The notes under the pieces were generated by a model. It was not told the DNA's origin. It did no database searches and worked only from the letters and a program-made list of their open reading frames with translations. The position numbers and the translations under genes were made by a program. A stretch of 62,974 nt of DNA, counting the filler, from Choristocarpus tenellus KU-1152 (Eukaryota > Protista > Phaeophyceae): assembly GCA_964200185.2 (NCBI GenBank). It is 13 parts of 13 records of this genome, joined end to end, with 100 filler letters (N's around TTAATTAATTAA, not from the genome) between each part and the next. Parts side by side here need not be neighbours in the genome. Positions count along the whole stretch, not along the records: positions 58,432 to 62,974 come from CAXNAD020014078.1; 12 more parts are not named here. One strand, written 5' to 3'. Shown piece by piece: positions 62,201 through 62,974 of this stretch (positions within the stretch are counted from its first letter, which is position 1; each line of letters starts with the position of its first letter).

Positions 62201-62974
62201 TTAAAACTTAGGCTATTCATCTGTTTGTTCCTTGATACGACACAGTTCCACCAGTCAACATTGACTGTTGATTGGTCTGTTACGTTCTGGGCGTTACTTT
62301 CACCAGTTCGTCATCACCTCATCAACTACAATCAGAACACCTTAGTACAGAACAGTTGCTCTGCGTTCCACACAAATAGTATAGTATAGTGTACGTCACT
62401 TGAGTTGCATCACATATTGTTTCAATTTTGTTCTGTTGTTCTGTTGTTTCTTTTTCTTTCACTCTTTCTTCTTATCAGCAGAAGATGTCAGTTGTATATT
62501 GATGGTTGATTATTACTTCTTTCGTGACTGCCATTGATCCCTCAAATTGCATCAACGCCACTCTGCAAACTGTGCATCAAACACACACATGGATGTAATA
62601 TAATGAGAGTTAAAACCATTCGCGGAAACCCTTGCCAGTCAAGGTAACAAGCCTCTCCACAGAGCATGGACTTCTTTCGTTGAGTACCACATGAAAGAAC
62701 ACTGAATTTACCTCACATCATTGGATTGAGCAACCAAGAATACTGAATTCACATCGCATCATTCTTGACTGAGAGATCAATTATATCAGTTACAACAGAA
62801 TAAATACATCGGTGCTTTGCAGCACAATCACACCTATCTATAACATATACTACTCATATCACTCATCGGTGCTTTGCAACACCATGATTCCTCATCGCTA
62901 GTAGTCTACGCATTTTGCTTGCATGTAAGATGCATTCAATTCAGGTTTCAACATTCACTTCTCATGATCAGGGC

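Overview
Eukaryotic, intron-rich DNA that looks stramenopile, probably a brown alga. This is inferred from GT-AG introns of roughly 0.2-2.6 kb, interstitial TTAGGG tracts, a nuclear ispD exon and the TE repertoire. The window is not one locus: it is 13 short contigs joined by an artificial 100-bp linker (N44-TTAATTAATTAA-N44), so adjacency across linkers means nothing. Phase-consistent exon chains give partial genes for GPD2 and CCT5 (head-to-head), a CHD-type chromodomain protein, IspD, NAT10 and four unidentified proteins. Much of the rest is TE relics: two Ty1/copia families, a tyrosine-recombinase (Ngaro/DIRS-type) retrotransposon, several LINEs, two mariner transposase pseudogenes, a possible hAT, and three MITE families sharing a G-n4-AAAGTA terminus (4-bp TSDs in two of them, Sola2-like). 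The most notable signals are that MITE group, strong CpG depletion in old TE sequence, and a minisatellite made from a working splice donor. I found no CRISPR array, RNA gene or clearly new multi-gene system. All coordinates and counts were made by hand.
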